A stretch of 64,000 nt of DNA from assembly GCA_030390025.1 (NCBI GenBank), contig CM059438.1, positions 53,570,001-53,634,000 on the forward strand, in the 5' to 3' direction. Positions within the stretch are counted from its first letter, which is position 1. Each line of letters opens with the position of its first letter. The translations under genes were made by a program, and so were the position numbers. Positions 12,201 through 21,400 of the stretch are shown here, one piece after another. Under the pieces are notes generated by a model that was not told the DNA's origin, did not search any database, and saw only the letters and a program-made list of their open reading frames with translations. This stretch comes from Squalus acanthias. Its lineage: Eukaryota.

Positions 12201-13067
12201 ACGGCGCTGGGTACTGCAAAAATCTTGGTCCGGGAAGTGTTCTCGCGGTGGGGACTTCCCCGTTTTGTGGAGTCAGACCAAGGGAGCCATTTCACTGGCC
12301 AGGTGATGCAGAACACCCTCATGCTTTTGGGCATTGAAGGGAAGTGGCACGTAGCGCACAATCCCCAGTCATCCGGGATTGTTGAACGCATGAACCGGAC
12401 CCTGAAGGAGAAATTGAGGAAAGAGACTATGAACTCGCCCCAAAAATGGGCGGAGGTTCTGCCTCTAGTCCTCATGGGGATCCGGGCCAGTCAGTCAAAA
12501 AGTACGGGGTATTCCCCGCACGAGGTGATGACTGGGAGGATCATGCGAACCCCCACCCATGTGCTAGCGCCGGTGCTCACTGAGGATCAGCTCCAAGAGG
12601 TAAGCAGGGACAAGTTCGTCCAGACCCTCTTGGAGCGCCTGAAGCAGGTTTATGAGCAGGCGGCTGGGAACATGGGAAGGCAGCATCAGGGCAATCGCCT
12701 GTTGCTGGAACCCCGCAAGAAACAGGAGTGGGAAGTAGGAGACCAGGTCATGGTCAGAAACTATGCCAGAGTAGGGAGTCTGGAACCACTGTATATGGGA
12801 CCCTACAGCATTGTAGATAAGACAAGTCCCATGGTATACGCCGTAAAGGTACCTCGGCGCACTAAGTGGTTCCACGTAAATCAGTGCAAACTGTATAAGC
12901 CGGGTGCACAAGGGCCAACCACAGGGTCCAAACCTGCGAGTGGGGACTCGCAGCCCCGGGTAGGACCGCAGGGCACGCAGGCTGGCAAAGCAGCTTGCAT
13001 CAGGGGAGAGGACATCCTAGCAAAATGTAGGATCCTTTATTGGGGTTGGGAGTCAGATGAGGAATAG
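9228..13067 (+). CDS. pol: pol of element A: protease, RT, degenerate RNase H tether, retroviral RNase H, integrase
   Basis: LLDTGAS/GILGSD; LPQG and YVDD; FLEVAAS tether; YVDGSS..AQQAEL..SDS..GNQQADALA; HHCC, IDYIGP/SDQGSHF/GIVER and GPY motifs. In frame with gag after the TGA at 9225-9227. Confidence 0.95.
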   Translation, partial: LEPAQPVYLCPLSYDAWKRPLVEMEVEKQKGSYLLDTGASCTVIHTDRPFDSPLSTKVPYTLAGFTGKEQAGAFSIPLSIHLGALHTTWKCILMKWQEGGGRGILGSDLLSEHGILVDLRNHCLWGAKGGKGKVVVIPGEEGKGALCTMKPSGGYDLGLMVADVPTDMQTYVSDNMHTFATHKHDCGRVTGFEVSVDGDPMTRPQKQYNFPKEAEPDMETAMSSLVQQGVLRPIATHVNSPLWPVRKPDNSWRATVDYRVLNSNIPACAPMVAAVADLIGSISASATTFTVLDISNGFWSIPLRREDQYKFAFTFKGQQYTWNCLPQGFHNSPSIFHQCMAGSLKEFSQPNQIVQYVDDLLLFTDSREEHGPLLAEFLELLARKGFKVNPKKARIGQQEVKFLGLTIRAGERAIDKARRESVQELPIPNTIRGVRSFLGLTRYCRDFIEDYAATVAPLLRLLHKGVEWSWDEGCQAAFEKLKRNLQTAAALGAIDGGKEFFLEVAASGDGLSAVLLQERHGKLRPVVYSSRVLTDVERSFSNCERHLLATHWAVKRSAIFTGLSPITLLTHHTPTKMLLDGRIKDGTVSSARIARWTLLLSQMDLRVKGLCEPRLAANLVYPGTAHQCLVEGVWEVNIGLRAGIHPTGRKIYVDGSSTVSAGERLTGCGVYDPAANLALAIKLPSTMSAQQAELSAVAYVVTHPETFPTPYTICSDSMFTCNSCTEYLAIWSRRGYTSVDGRPLTVKPLLEKVLAAVGEEGEIFIHKVKAHSSTEPRGEGNQQADALAREGARNGIFWDPYGPGPVAAIQGRDGNPGNTRVALPLDLKTVQNQDPALKAVLRTIAEGKQVEGPYSTATLSVKEGMLFREQQWVVPQQHRREFLQLAHEGPGAGHPGPEVTWQRVEQAGWWPGLREQVREFCASCLVCAANNPDPQKRKVPMGHIRRVEGPWQSIQIDYIGPLPTTQGGYKYCLVLVDVFSKWVEAFPCKTATALGTAKILVREVFSRWGLPRFVESDQGSHFTGQVMQNTLMLLGIEGKWHVAHNPQSSGIVERMNRTLKEKLRKETMNSPQKWAEVLPLVLMGIRASQSKSTGYSPHEVMTGRIMRTPTHVLAPVLTEDQLQEVSRDKFVQTLLERLKQVYEQAAGNMGRQHQGNRLLLEPRKKQEWEVGDQVMVRNYARVGSLEPLYMGPYSIVDKTSPMVYAVKVPRRTKWFHVNQCKLYKPGAQGPTTGSKPASGDSQPRVGPQGTQAGKAACIRGEDILAKCRILYWGWESDEE

Positions 13068-13703
13068 TTCGAGGAGCTCGACCAAGATAGTGACCCGAGC
13101 GAAGAGGAGCTGGGATCGGAGGACGAAAGGTTCGCCCCCGATTCAAGTAAAGGGAAGACAGGGACTGCGAGTGGAGGTCCACACAGGGTGGAAGCTGAAA
13201 CTGCAGGTCCAGAACTCAGGAGGGCGGAGCTAGGGGAGGCAGAGCCAGCGGCTGTGGTGGGACCACAGGTCGTGGCGATGGAAGTCTCAGAACCCAGTCC
13301 ATCCGCCTTGGGAGTCTTGCCCTTGGGGAAGGTAGGGATTGCGAGTGAAGGGCCGCCTACTGGGCCAAGTAGGGCGGTGCCAGAGACTGCAAGTCCCGAG
13401 TTCAGGAAGGCGGAGCCAGGGGAGGCAGAGCCAGCGGCTGTGGTGCGACCACAGGTCGTGGCAATGGAAGTCTCGAAACCCGGTCCGTCGGTCCTGGAGT
13501 TCTTGCCCCAGGTAGCTCCCCATAGGTCAAGTCGGACACCCCAGCCCAGGAAGGTATGGTCAAGTCCCCCGTATGTCCCCAGGCATAGGTCCAAGGCTAA
13601 GGCAGCCCAGGGAGAGCCCAGTCACAGCGCAGCAGAGACAGGCTGCGGCAGATCAAAGGAAGGGGTCGGTTCCCTCCCACCGTTGGGAAAAGCTCGTGGC
13701 CGC
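13068..13703 (+). pseudogene. Acidic/Pro-rich C-terminal extension of Pol A, downstream of a premature TAG
   Basis: Same frame as pol; B reads WGLDEEEF where A reads WESDEE*F; homologous to B's Pol tail. Confidence 0.8.
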
Positions 13704-15315
13704 TGTAAGGGATTCTGACCCTGCGTGTCTCGCGGCCTGTGAGATTCACGCGGCTCTGTGCAGCCTGTATGTCAGTGCGGGTCTAGGCCTTGTTGCCTGT
13801 TCTGGTCTCCAGCCAGTCTGGGAACACTAGACACACCTGTGAGTGGTTCGAATCACTCGCCCTTACGGTTCTAGACACTGGACTTAGATGCGAGAGCAGT
13901 AATGGAGATGAAACTCATGTAGACTCGGTTTGAATGGTACGAAATGGAAAATCTTTATTGCATGATACTTAAGATTATGAAATACATGTCATAAGCACAG
14001 ATTAATGACAGTACAATCTTACAAACAGTTATATAGTCGATCTTAGGGAAACGAGGAACGAACGGCACATAGTAAATAGGGGCACACATTACAAATATCC
14101 TTAATCCTTAAACCCTCCCCTATCAATATCTATCCTAAACTAGATTCGTAGGATTTCGAGACTCATGCTCACCACTCGTGATAACTCGGAGAAATTCCGA
14201 ATAGCTGATCGGATGTTTTTCACCGCAGCACCCACGTGTCGGTCAGGAGATCTCCTGGTCCCACTTGTTTACTTGCTTCTGCTGCTCCGGCTAGCAGGCT
14301 GGAACGTCTGCTGTGATGAAGATCTGTATTGGTGGTTTTCACATTCCAGTTAATATCATCGATGCGATATGTTTCGTTGCAAGTTCGAAGAAGTCTTCCT
14401 GGCAAGGAAAACTTGGCTAATCGACCTACAGGCGCGGTCGGGATTTACTGACCGTGGCGATGGATATGGTCTTCCTCTCTTCTCATCTCATCTCATCTCA
14501 TCTCGGGCCTTTGGTTCCGATACCGGTTACCAATATAGGTCTTCGTTACGCGACACGAGGTAGATCCGAACGGATCAGAAAGTTCAACAGACCTTTTTCA
14601 AAAGAGGCAACAGGCAAACAGGAGCGAGCCCAACTACGAGTACACAGGAGCAGCCACGATGATAAGAGTCGATCGGATAAGAGAAAGATGGACGGTTTGG
14701 AGCCTGCAATTATAGTGCAAAATCTTCCGTTTCCCGCCCAACTATAATGTCCATTCTTTTGTTTAGGGTCTGGCGCTCAAATGTCTTGTATGGGTGATCT
14801 CCGTTCTTAATGGGTTTCGGGGCTACTCGTAAATGTCTGAGTACCTGTTAATATTTCTCCCATTGTTAAATCGGTCGGTGTTCTCCCTGGAGGGGTTTTG
14901 GGGCTTCCAAGTGTCCTGTATAACTACCTGCTAACGGCTCTCTCATCGTAGAGTCGTTGGGATTTTACATATTAATGTCTTTTGGATGGGCCCTTGATTA
15001 CTCGGTACAATGGCTTTCCTTTGTACCTGGGAGACCGATTTCAGTATTTATGTGTATACTGCAAACCCATAATGTCTCGTGTATTATCTTCACTGTGCTG
15101 AATCTTAATCGATCTTACACAAATGTTTATTGGAACGCCATCTTGTCTGCCTGTTGAAAAGTCTAGAATGTTCTGTCACGAGGTGCGGCGGCCATTTTAC
15201 AGGCTGCTTGTGTCCACTTTAAACCTGTCAGCATTCTGCTGAAATAAAAGCTGTTTGAACGAAACTCTGTGTTTTCTCCTTATTAATAAAATCGCGATAT
15301 ATTGCGAATTCTACA
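13704..15315 (-). repeat. Terminal 3' LTR of the element B array (1612 bp)
   Basis: On the - strand it starts TGTAGAATTCGC at 15315 and ends CCCTTACA at 13704; preceded by a PPT. Confidence 0.95.
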
Positions 15316-15327
15316 GTCCCTCCTGTT
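15316..15327 (-). promoter_or_regulatory. Polypurine tract (AACAGGAGGGAC)
   Basis: Purine-rich stretch immediately 5' of the LTR TG; repeated at 26363-26374 and 37410-37421. Confidence 0.75.
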
Positions 15328-15766
15328 GATGCGAATAACTCCGCTTATCGTATCAAAAATCATAGTGGTGAGCAATATTATCTCGATTTCTCTCCGAATC
15401 CAGCAAATTAATCCCATAACTTTAACCTAGCTAGGGTCTCTGTGTCGTCCTTGTTTCCCAAGAAAATTACATTTTATATCACCGTGGGCCTTTATTTGCC
15501 CTTAAACTTACACCACTTGTTTTCCTTCCCGGCGTAACCAGGCCGATGCCTCTCGTATCACCTGTATATTCATCTTTTATTCAGGGAAAGGAAAAACAAA
15601 ACCCAAAACCAAACAATCATTTTTAACTGTAACACCATCACCAAAATAATCAACACCAACTCTTAAAACATGTCGAGTTCCCAACGTATTTACAAACTCT
15701 GAAAATCATGATTGAGTACAAACTTCCGCGGCGCACGTGGCGAGCGGGAGTGACGCCATTTTCCGA

Positions 15767-18118
15767 TCACACGGTGCTTTCATCGTGCACGCGCACGTAA
15801 CGTTCTCGCCACTCTCCCGTGTTTTCATGCTTGGTGAGGCGCTTGTCTCTTTTACAATGTACGACCAATAGGTACACTACAATGAAAACTTGGCATACGA
15901 CTAAAATGTGGGAGGCTATTCTGATCCATGAAGGCACTTCAATATTTGTGAACAGATTCCACCACGGTGGAACTACTATATCCAAAATGTCTGTTCCTAT
16001 TTCGACAGTTTTCTGCTCTAATGTGTAAAAATGTTTCTGTGACACCGCGACGGCTTTTAAAAGTTTGGTGAGGTGTTCAGGGAGAGGGGGAATGAGGTAT
16101 CCAAAATGCGCGACGAATCGCTGCAAGTCGGTGAAATTCTCTTTTACTGTGAGATGAACAGTGGATGGTTCAGGGATTGGGATAATTCGCTGTTGTGCTA
16201 CTTGAACTTCCGCCCTGGGTTTAAAACAGAAACTGCTGTCACTCACCGGACACCGGCTACGGTTTCCATGGTGGTAGTGTTGCGCTGCAGTGGTAACACA
16301 ATATGTTCCACCCCCGATGTATGCTACCTGCGGAGGCACATGATCTTGTGCCATTGCCTCCATGGTGCAATTCATGGACTTGGCGCCAGTCGTTCTGAAC
16401 CCGCACTGTGGTGTTAAAAAGGCATTCAAGTGCTGGGGGCACAGTATTATGTGTGCTCCCCTGCCACGACAACCAGAGAGATCTGTACCTGTCATCGTTT
16501 GCTCCCAGCGGATGACGTAAGGTGGAACCGCTGCGTAACGAATGTGGGCTCCCCCCTGAATGACACCAATGTTCTCTACCCGATACACCGGGGCGGGCTT
16601 TGCTGTGTCGCCCAAAACCGGCATGCGTAATACTATTCCCATAATAGTATGGTTTGATCGTCCGCAGTCCACGGGGACTGGGTAAGCTTCTGAAGCTAGC
16701 CTGAGCTGGCACGGACTTAATGCGTTCTGAAAAGGGTGGAGCGCCCGCAGGTGTTTGTTACTTATCCAGGACGGAACCAAACCTTGTTTTAAATCCTCCA
16801 AATTACTGCGGCCCTCGCCCAGTAACCACGCCCCGTAAAGCACGCACACCTCGTTCTGCGCAGCTTGATCGGATGCATTCCGATCTTCCCTAATCAGGGC
16901 ATTTACCGTCTTTGCATGTTTCTCCAGCTCTGCTATAATTTCCTTTAAATGGAGAGTCATGGCTTGGTCCTCGTGTAGACCCGACCCTACCACTTTATTC
17001 TCATCTGTTAGAATGTCTTTTAATTGTGTCTTTAAACCATTAATCTGGGTCTGCAGCTCCACACTGTCTAGAGCGTTGACCACAGATGTACCCGTGTTAA
17101 AAGCAGTGAACGCATCGTTCACCAAACCCCTTCTTTGCCTCCCTGCTTGATTCAAAACTTCCTGTGGTGCGGTGTACAAACTTGTTTTATCAATTTCCGC
17201 GAAATCGAATTCGTAAAATTGTCTGAACATCTTGGTCAACAGGACCTGATACAACTGTTCCGTCTTTTTGGGGCACCACTCTGGTAACCGCACCTCGGTG
17301 AGATTTAAAATCACCGAGGCCACCGCGTAATGTACCCCCTGAAATAGTATCTGGTCTGTGGGGACCAGTACCAAACCATTCCCGGGTCCCTTACTAGTTT
17401 TAGGGCACCCTTCTTCCTCAGCTAGAACCACCGGAATCGTGGGCGGGGCTTTGCGTGGGCGCGTAATGAGCTCAGTGGCATTTACTGGGATCGGAGAGAA
17501 TGGGGCTCCGCACCCCCTTGTGCTCGCATCCCACCTCATCCCCTGTCCGTTATCCTGCCATTGATTAATGAAAAATATGGAGATGCCTTTGGGGCAAACG
17601 TACTTTGACCCCCACATACATACATAAATTCCCTCATCCGGTTCCCACCATTTGTCCCAACAGACTTTCACTTGTCCGTTTGTCCCCGTAATTGTCCGAT
17701 GGGTATTATTACCCAGTCGTTCCCACTCGACCGAAGAGTTCCTCATAGTTTTGCTCAGCTTTCGCAGCCACCACCATCGGCTCAATGGGACCTTCCCACT
17801 ACAAGTCAAACAAATCCGTTTGCCGACGGTGACGCTGATCCTGGGTGCGATGATCCTTACTTTGGGGCACAGTAAAGAAGTCTCTTTGTAGGCAAACCCC
17901 GATGTGCTAGAATACTCCGTTGAGTTCGTTCCCAGCCATCCTGGCCACCTTCCCTTGTGGAAATAGGTGCTGGTCTCCTCTGCCTCCCGTCTTCCGGTCC
18001 CATCCACCGCGATGGGGGCCGTGTCCCCGGAACATCCAAACACCACGACATCCTTGGTGCGGCCTCGATAGGCCAATCCACATCCGATTGCCACGAGCAA
18101 TACTAGAATTCGTTCCAT
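15767..18118 (-). CDS. env: Env/fusion glycoprotein, B copy 1 (783 aa from MERILV)
   Basis: Signal peptide MERILVLLVAIGCGLA, Ig-like segment, furin site RQRR followed by GLVNDAFTAF, heptad repeat, Cys-rich region, C-terminal TM helix and short tail; the ORF is open upstream to 18301. Confidence 0.9.
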   Translation of the reverse strand: MERILVLLVAIGCGLAYRGRTKDVVVFGCSGDTAPIAVDGTGRREAEETSTYFHKGRWPGWLGTNSTEYSSTSGFAYKETSLLCPKVRIIAPRISVTVGKRICLTCSGKVPLSRWWWLRKLSKTMRNSSVEWERLGNNTHRTITGTNGQVKVCWDKWWEPDEGIYVCMWGSKYVCPKGISIFFINQWQDNGQGMRWDASTRGCGAPFSPIPVNATELITRPRKAPPTIPVVLAEEEGCPKTSKGPGNGLVLVPTDQILFQGVHYAVASVILNLTEVRLPEWCPKKTEQLYQVLLTKMFRQFYEFDFAEIDKTSLYTAPQEVLNQAGRQRRGLVNDAFTAFNTGTSVVNALDSVELQTQINGLKTQLKDILTDENKVVGSGLHEDQAMTLHLKEIIAELEKHAKTVNALIREDRNASDQAAQNEVCVLYGAWLLGEGRSNLEDLKQGLVPSWISNKHLRALHPFQNALSPCQLRLASEAYPVPVDCGRSNHTIMGIVLRMPVLGDTAKPAPVYRVENIGVIQGGAHIRYAAVPPYVIRWEQTMTGTDLSGCRGRGAHIILCPQHLNAFLTPQCGFRTTGAKSMNCTMEAMAQDHVPPQVAYIGGGTYCVTTAAQHYHHGNRSRCPVSDSSFCFKPRAEVQVAQQRIIPIPEPSTVHLTVKENFTDLQRFVAHFGYLIPPLPEHLTKLLKAVAVSQKHFYTLEQKTVEIGTDILDIVVPPWWNLFTNIEVPSWIRIASHILVVCQVFIVVYLLVVHCKRDKRLTKHENTGEWRERYVRVHDESTV

Positions 18119-18438
18119 CCTTCCTTGGTTCCTGTGATCAGATAGAATGAGGTAGCCAGCCTCGCAAGAGTCTCTGGCTTTTGTGAAGGGTGAGCGGGTC
18201 CCCTGACCTCGCCTCACGTAAACTTCCACGTTCGCTGTATAAACTTTAACTAAACCGATCTTTAAAGCTCCCATCATTTTATCGTTTTCTGTTAAAAACA
18301 CTACAATCTTAACCTTATAAAAAAAAACTATAAACTTAACCTTGAACTATAAACTTAGAACTTAACCTTGAACTATAAACTTAAAACTTATCCTAAACTT
18401 ATTACTGTACAGCGCCGCCCGTACTCAGGGCGGCCCCT

Positions 18439-21400
18439 TTAAATTCTGAAAAGGCTGCTGCGAGCTCTTCCCGACGGTGGGAGGGCACTGACCCTTCCCT
18501 CTGATCTGCCGCAGCCTGTTGCTGCTGCGATGTGGCCGGCCTGTATCTGGGTTATCTTAACCTTAAATTTACGCCTTGGGGCAGTCTGGGGACATGACCA
18601 CATCCTCCTGGGCTGGGGTTCTCTACTTGACCTACGGGGAGTTGCTATGGGCGGGGGTTCCGTGACGGACGGACCGGGTTCCGAGACTTCCATCGGGATG
18701 ACCTGGGGTCCCATCACAGTCGCTGGCTCCGCCTCCACTGACTCCGCCTCCCTAACCTCGGGGCTTGCAGTTTGTGGCTCCGCCCTGCTCGGCCCAGCAG
18801 GCGGCCCTTCACTCGTGATCTCTGCCTCCCCCAAGGACGGGACGTTCAAAGCGGGCGGCCACATCTCTGGGAGCCACACCGGTACTCTCTGTGCTCCCAT
18901 AGCGGCTGGCCCTGCCTCCCCTAGCTCCTCCCTCCTGTCTTCGGGACCTGCAGCTCGTGTGTCCACCCTGTGTGGATCTCTACCTGCAGCCCCCGTCCCC
19001 TCCATATCGTAAAAGGGACCGTTCCTGAGAAACCACCCGTCGTCATCACTATCCTCATCTGCACTATCCTCATCAGACCCGGGTACCCTGAATTCTTCCT
19101 CATCTAACCCCCAATTCCAGAAAAACGCTGCATGATCGTCCGGGATGTCCCTTCCCCTGATGCAAGCTGCTATGCCTGCCTGTGTGCCTTGTGGTCCTAC
19201 CTGGGGCTGTGCTTTCCCATTGGCGGGATTTACCCCTGTAGTTTTCCCTTGCGCACCTGGCTGGTACAGTTTGCATTGGTTTATGTGGAACCACTTAATG
19301 CGCCGAGGTACTTTTACGGCGTAAACCATGGGACTCGCCTTGTCTACAATGTTGTAGGGTCCCATATACAGTGGTTCCAGACTCCCTACTCTGGCGTAGT
19401 TTCTGACCATGACTTGGTCTCCCACTTCCCACTCCCGCGTTTTGCGGGGTTCCAGCAACAAGCGATTGCCCTGATGCTGCCTTCCCATGTTCCCAGCCGC
19501 CTGCTCATAAACTTGCTTCAGGCGCTCCAAGAGAGTCTGGGCGAACTTGTCCCTGCTTATCTCTTGGAGCTGACCCTCAGTGAGCACCGGGGCTAGCACA
19601 TGGGTGGGGGTTCGCATGATCCTCCCAGTCATCACCTCGTGCGGGGAATACCCCGTACTTTTTGACTGACTGGCCCGGACCCCCATGAGGACTAAAGGCA
19701 GAACTTCCGCCCATTTTTGGGGCGAGTTCCTAGTCTCTTTCCTCAATTTCTCCTTCAGGGTCCGGTTCATACGTTCAACAATCCCGGATGACTGGGGATT
19801 GTGTGCTACGTGCCACTTCCCTTCAATGCCCAAAAGCATGAGGGTGTTCTGCATCACCTGGCCGGTGAAATGACTCCCTTGGTCTGACTCCACAAAACGG
19901 GGAAGTCCCCACCGCGAGAACACTTCCCGGACCAAGATTTTTGCTGTACCCAGTGCCGTAGCTGTTCGACAAGGGAAGGCTTCCACCCACTTGGAAAACA
20001 CATCCACCAGGACGAGGCAGTACTTATAACCTCCCTGGGTGGTGGGCAGGGGTCCTATATAGTCGATCTGTATCGACTGCCATGGTCCCTCTACCCTTCT
20101 TACGTGTCCCATGGGCACCTTCCTTTTCTGGGGGTCTGGGTTGTTTGCAGCGCACACAAGACAGTTTGCACAGAACTCGCGGACTTGTTCCCTGAGCCCT
20201 GGCCACCATCCCGCTTGCTCTACCCGTTGCCAGGTAACCTCGGGCCCGGGGTGCCCTGCCCCTGGTCCCTCGTGAGCCAACTGGAGGAATTCCCTCCTGT
20301 GCTGCTGCGGCACAACCCACTGCTCCTCGCGGAACAGCATGCCTTCCTTAACTGAGAGGGTTGCCGTACTGTACGGACCTTCTACCTGCCTCCCCTCAGC
20401 AATGGTTTTTAGGACTGCTTTTAGGGCGGGATCCTGGGCTTGGACGGTCTTAAGGTCTAGGGGCAATGCTACCCTGGTGTTCCCGGGATTCCCGTCCCTG
20501 CCTCGAACCGCTGCTATGGGTCTGGTCCCATAGGGGTTCCAGAAAATGCCGTTGCGGGCACCTTCCCTGGCTAGCGCATCCGCCTGCTGGTTGCCCTCCC
20601 CACGGGGCTCTGTGGAGGAGTGAGCTTTCACCTTATGGATGAAAATCTCTCCTTCCTCCCCTACTGCTGCTGCTAAGATCTTTCCAGCAAGGGCTTCACC
20701 GTTAAAGGTCGCCCGTCCGCGGAGGTGTATCCACGGCGGGACCAAATGGCCAGGTATTCCGTACACGAATTGCAGGTGAACATACTGTCCGAGCAAATCG
20801 TGTATGGGGTTGGGAAAATGTCTGGGTGGGTCACAACGTACACCACGGCAGACAGCTCAGCTTGCTGCGCGCTCATGGTGCTAGGGAGCTTGATCGCCAG
20901 GGCAAGGTCTGCCGCAGGGTCATAAACTCCACACCCTGTGAGTCGCTCGCCAGCAGATACTGTGCTAGACCCATCAACATAAATCTCGCGCCCAGTGGGA
21001 TGTATCCCGGCCCGTAAACCTATGTTGACGTCCCACACCCCTTCCACCGAACACCGGTGGGCTGTACCGGGGTATACCAAATTGGCCGCAAGCCTGGGCT
21101 CGCAAAGACCTTTTACTCTAAGATCCAACTGGGAGAGAAGAAGGGTCCAACGCGCAATGCGTGCGCTGCTTACGGTCCCGTCTTTAATCCTCCCATCCAG
21201 AAGCATCTTAGTTGGTGTGTGATGTGTGAGGAGAGTGATGGGAGAGAGCCCTGTGAAGATCGCTGATCTTTTCACAGCCCAATGCGTGGCTAAAACGTGC
21301 CTTTCGCAATTGGAGAAACTTCTCTCCACATCCGTTAACACCCTGGATGAATAGACAACCGGCCTCAGCTTGCCGTGACGCTCTTGGAGCAGTACGGCGC

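Larger units (their letters stand above)
5792..13703 (+). mobile_element. Endogenous retrovirus element A (lokiretrovirus-like): 5' LTR-PBS-gag-pol, truncated by element B
   Basis: TG...CA LTR, tRNA-Arg PBS, gag with CCHC knuckle, and pol with PR-RT-RH-RH-IN; homology to element B stops at 13703, where B's LTR begins. Confidence 0.93.

Noticed and set aside
13037..13594. Antisense ORF over the Pol tail, also present in B (18530-19012)
   Set aside because: GC-rich low-complexity sequence, starts are not conserved, and it is explained as a shadow of the sense frame.
18119..18301. 61-aa N-terminal extension of Env
   Set aside because: Starts at a GTG; a classic signal peptide begins at the ATG at 18118 after a candidate acceptor. 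A foamy-like leader peptide from the upstream ATGs cannot be fully excluded.
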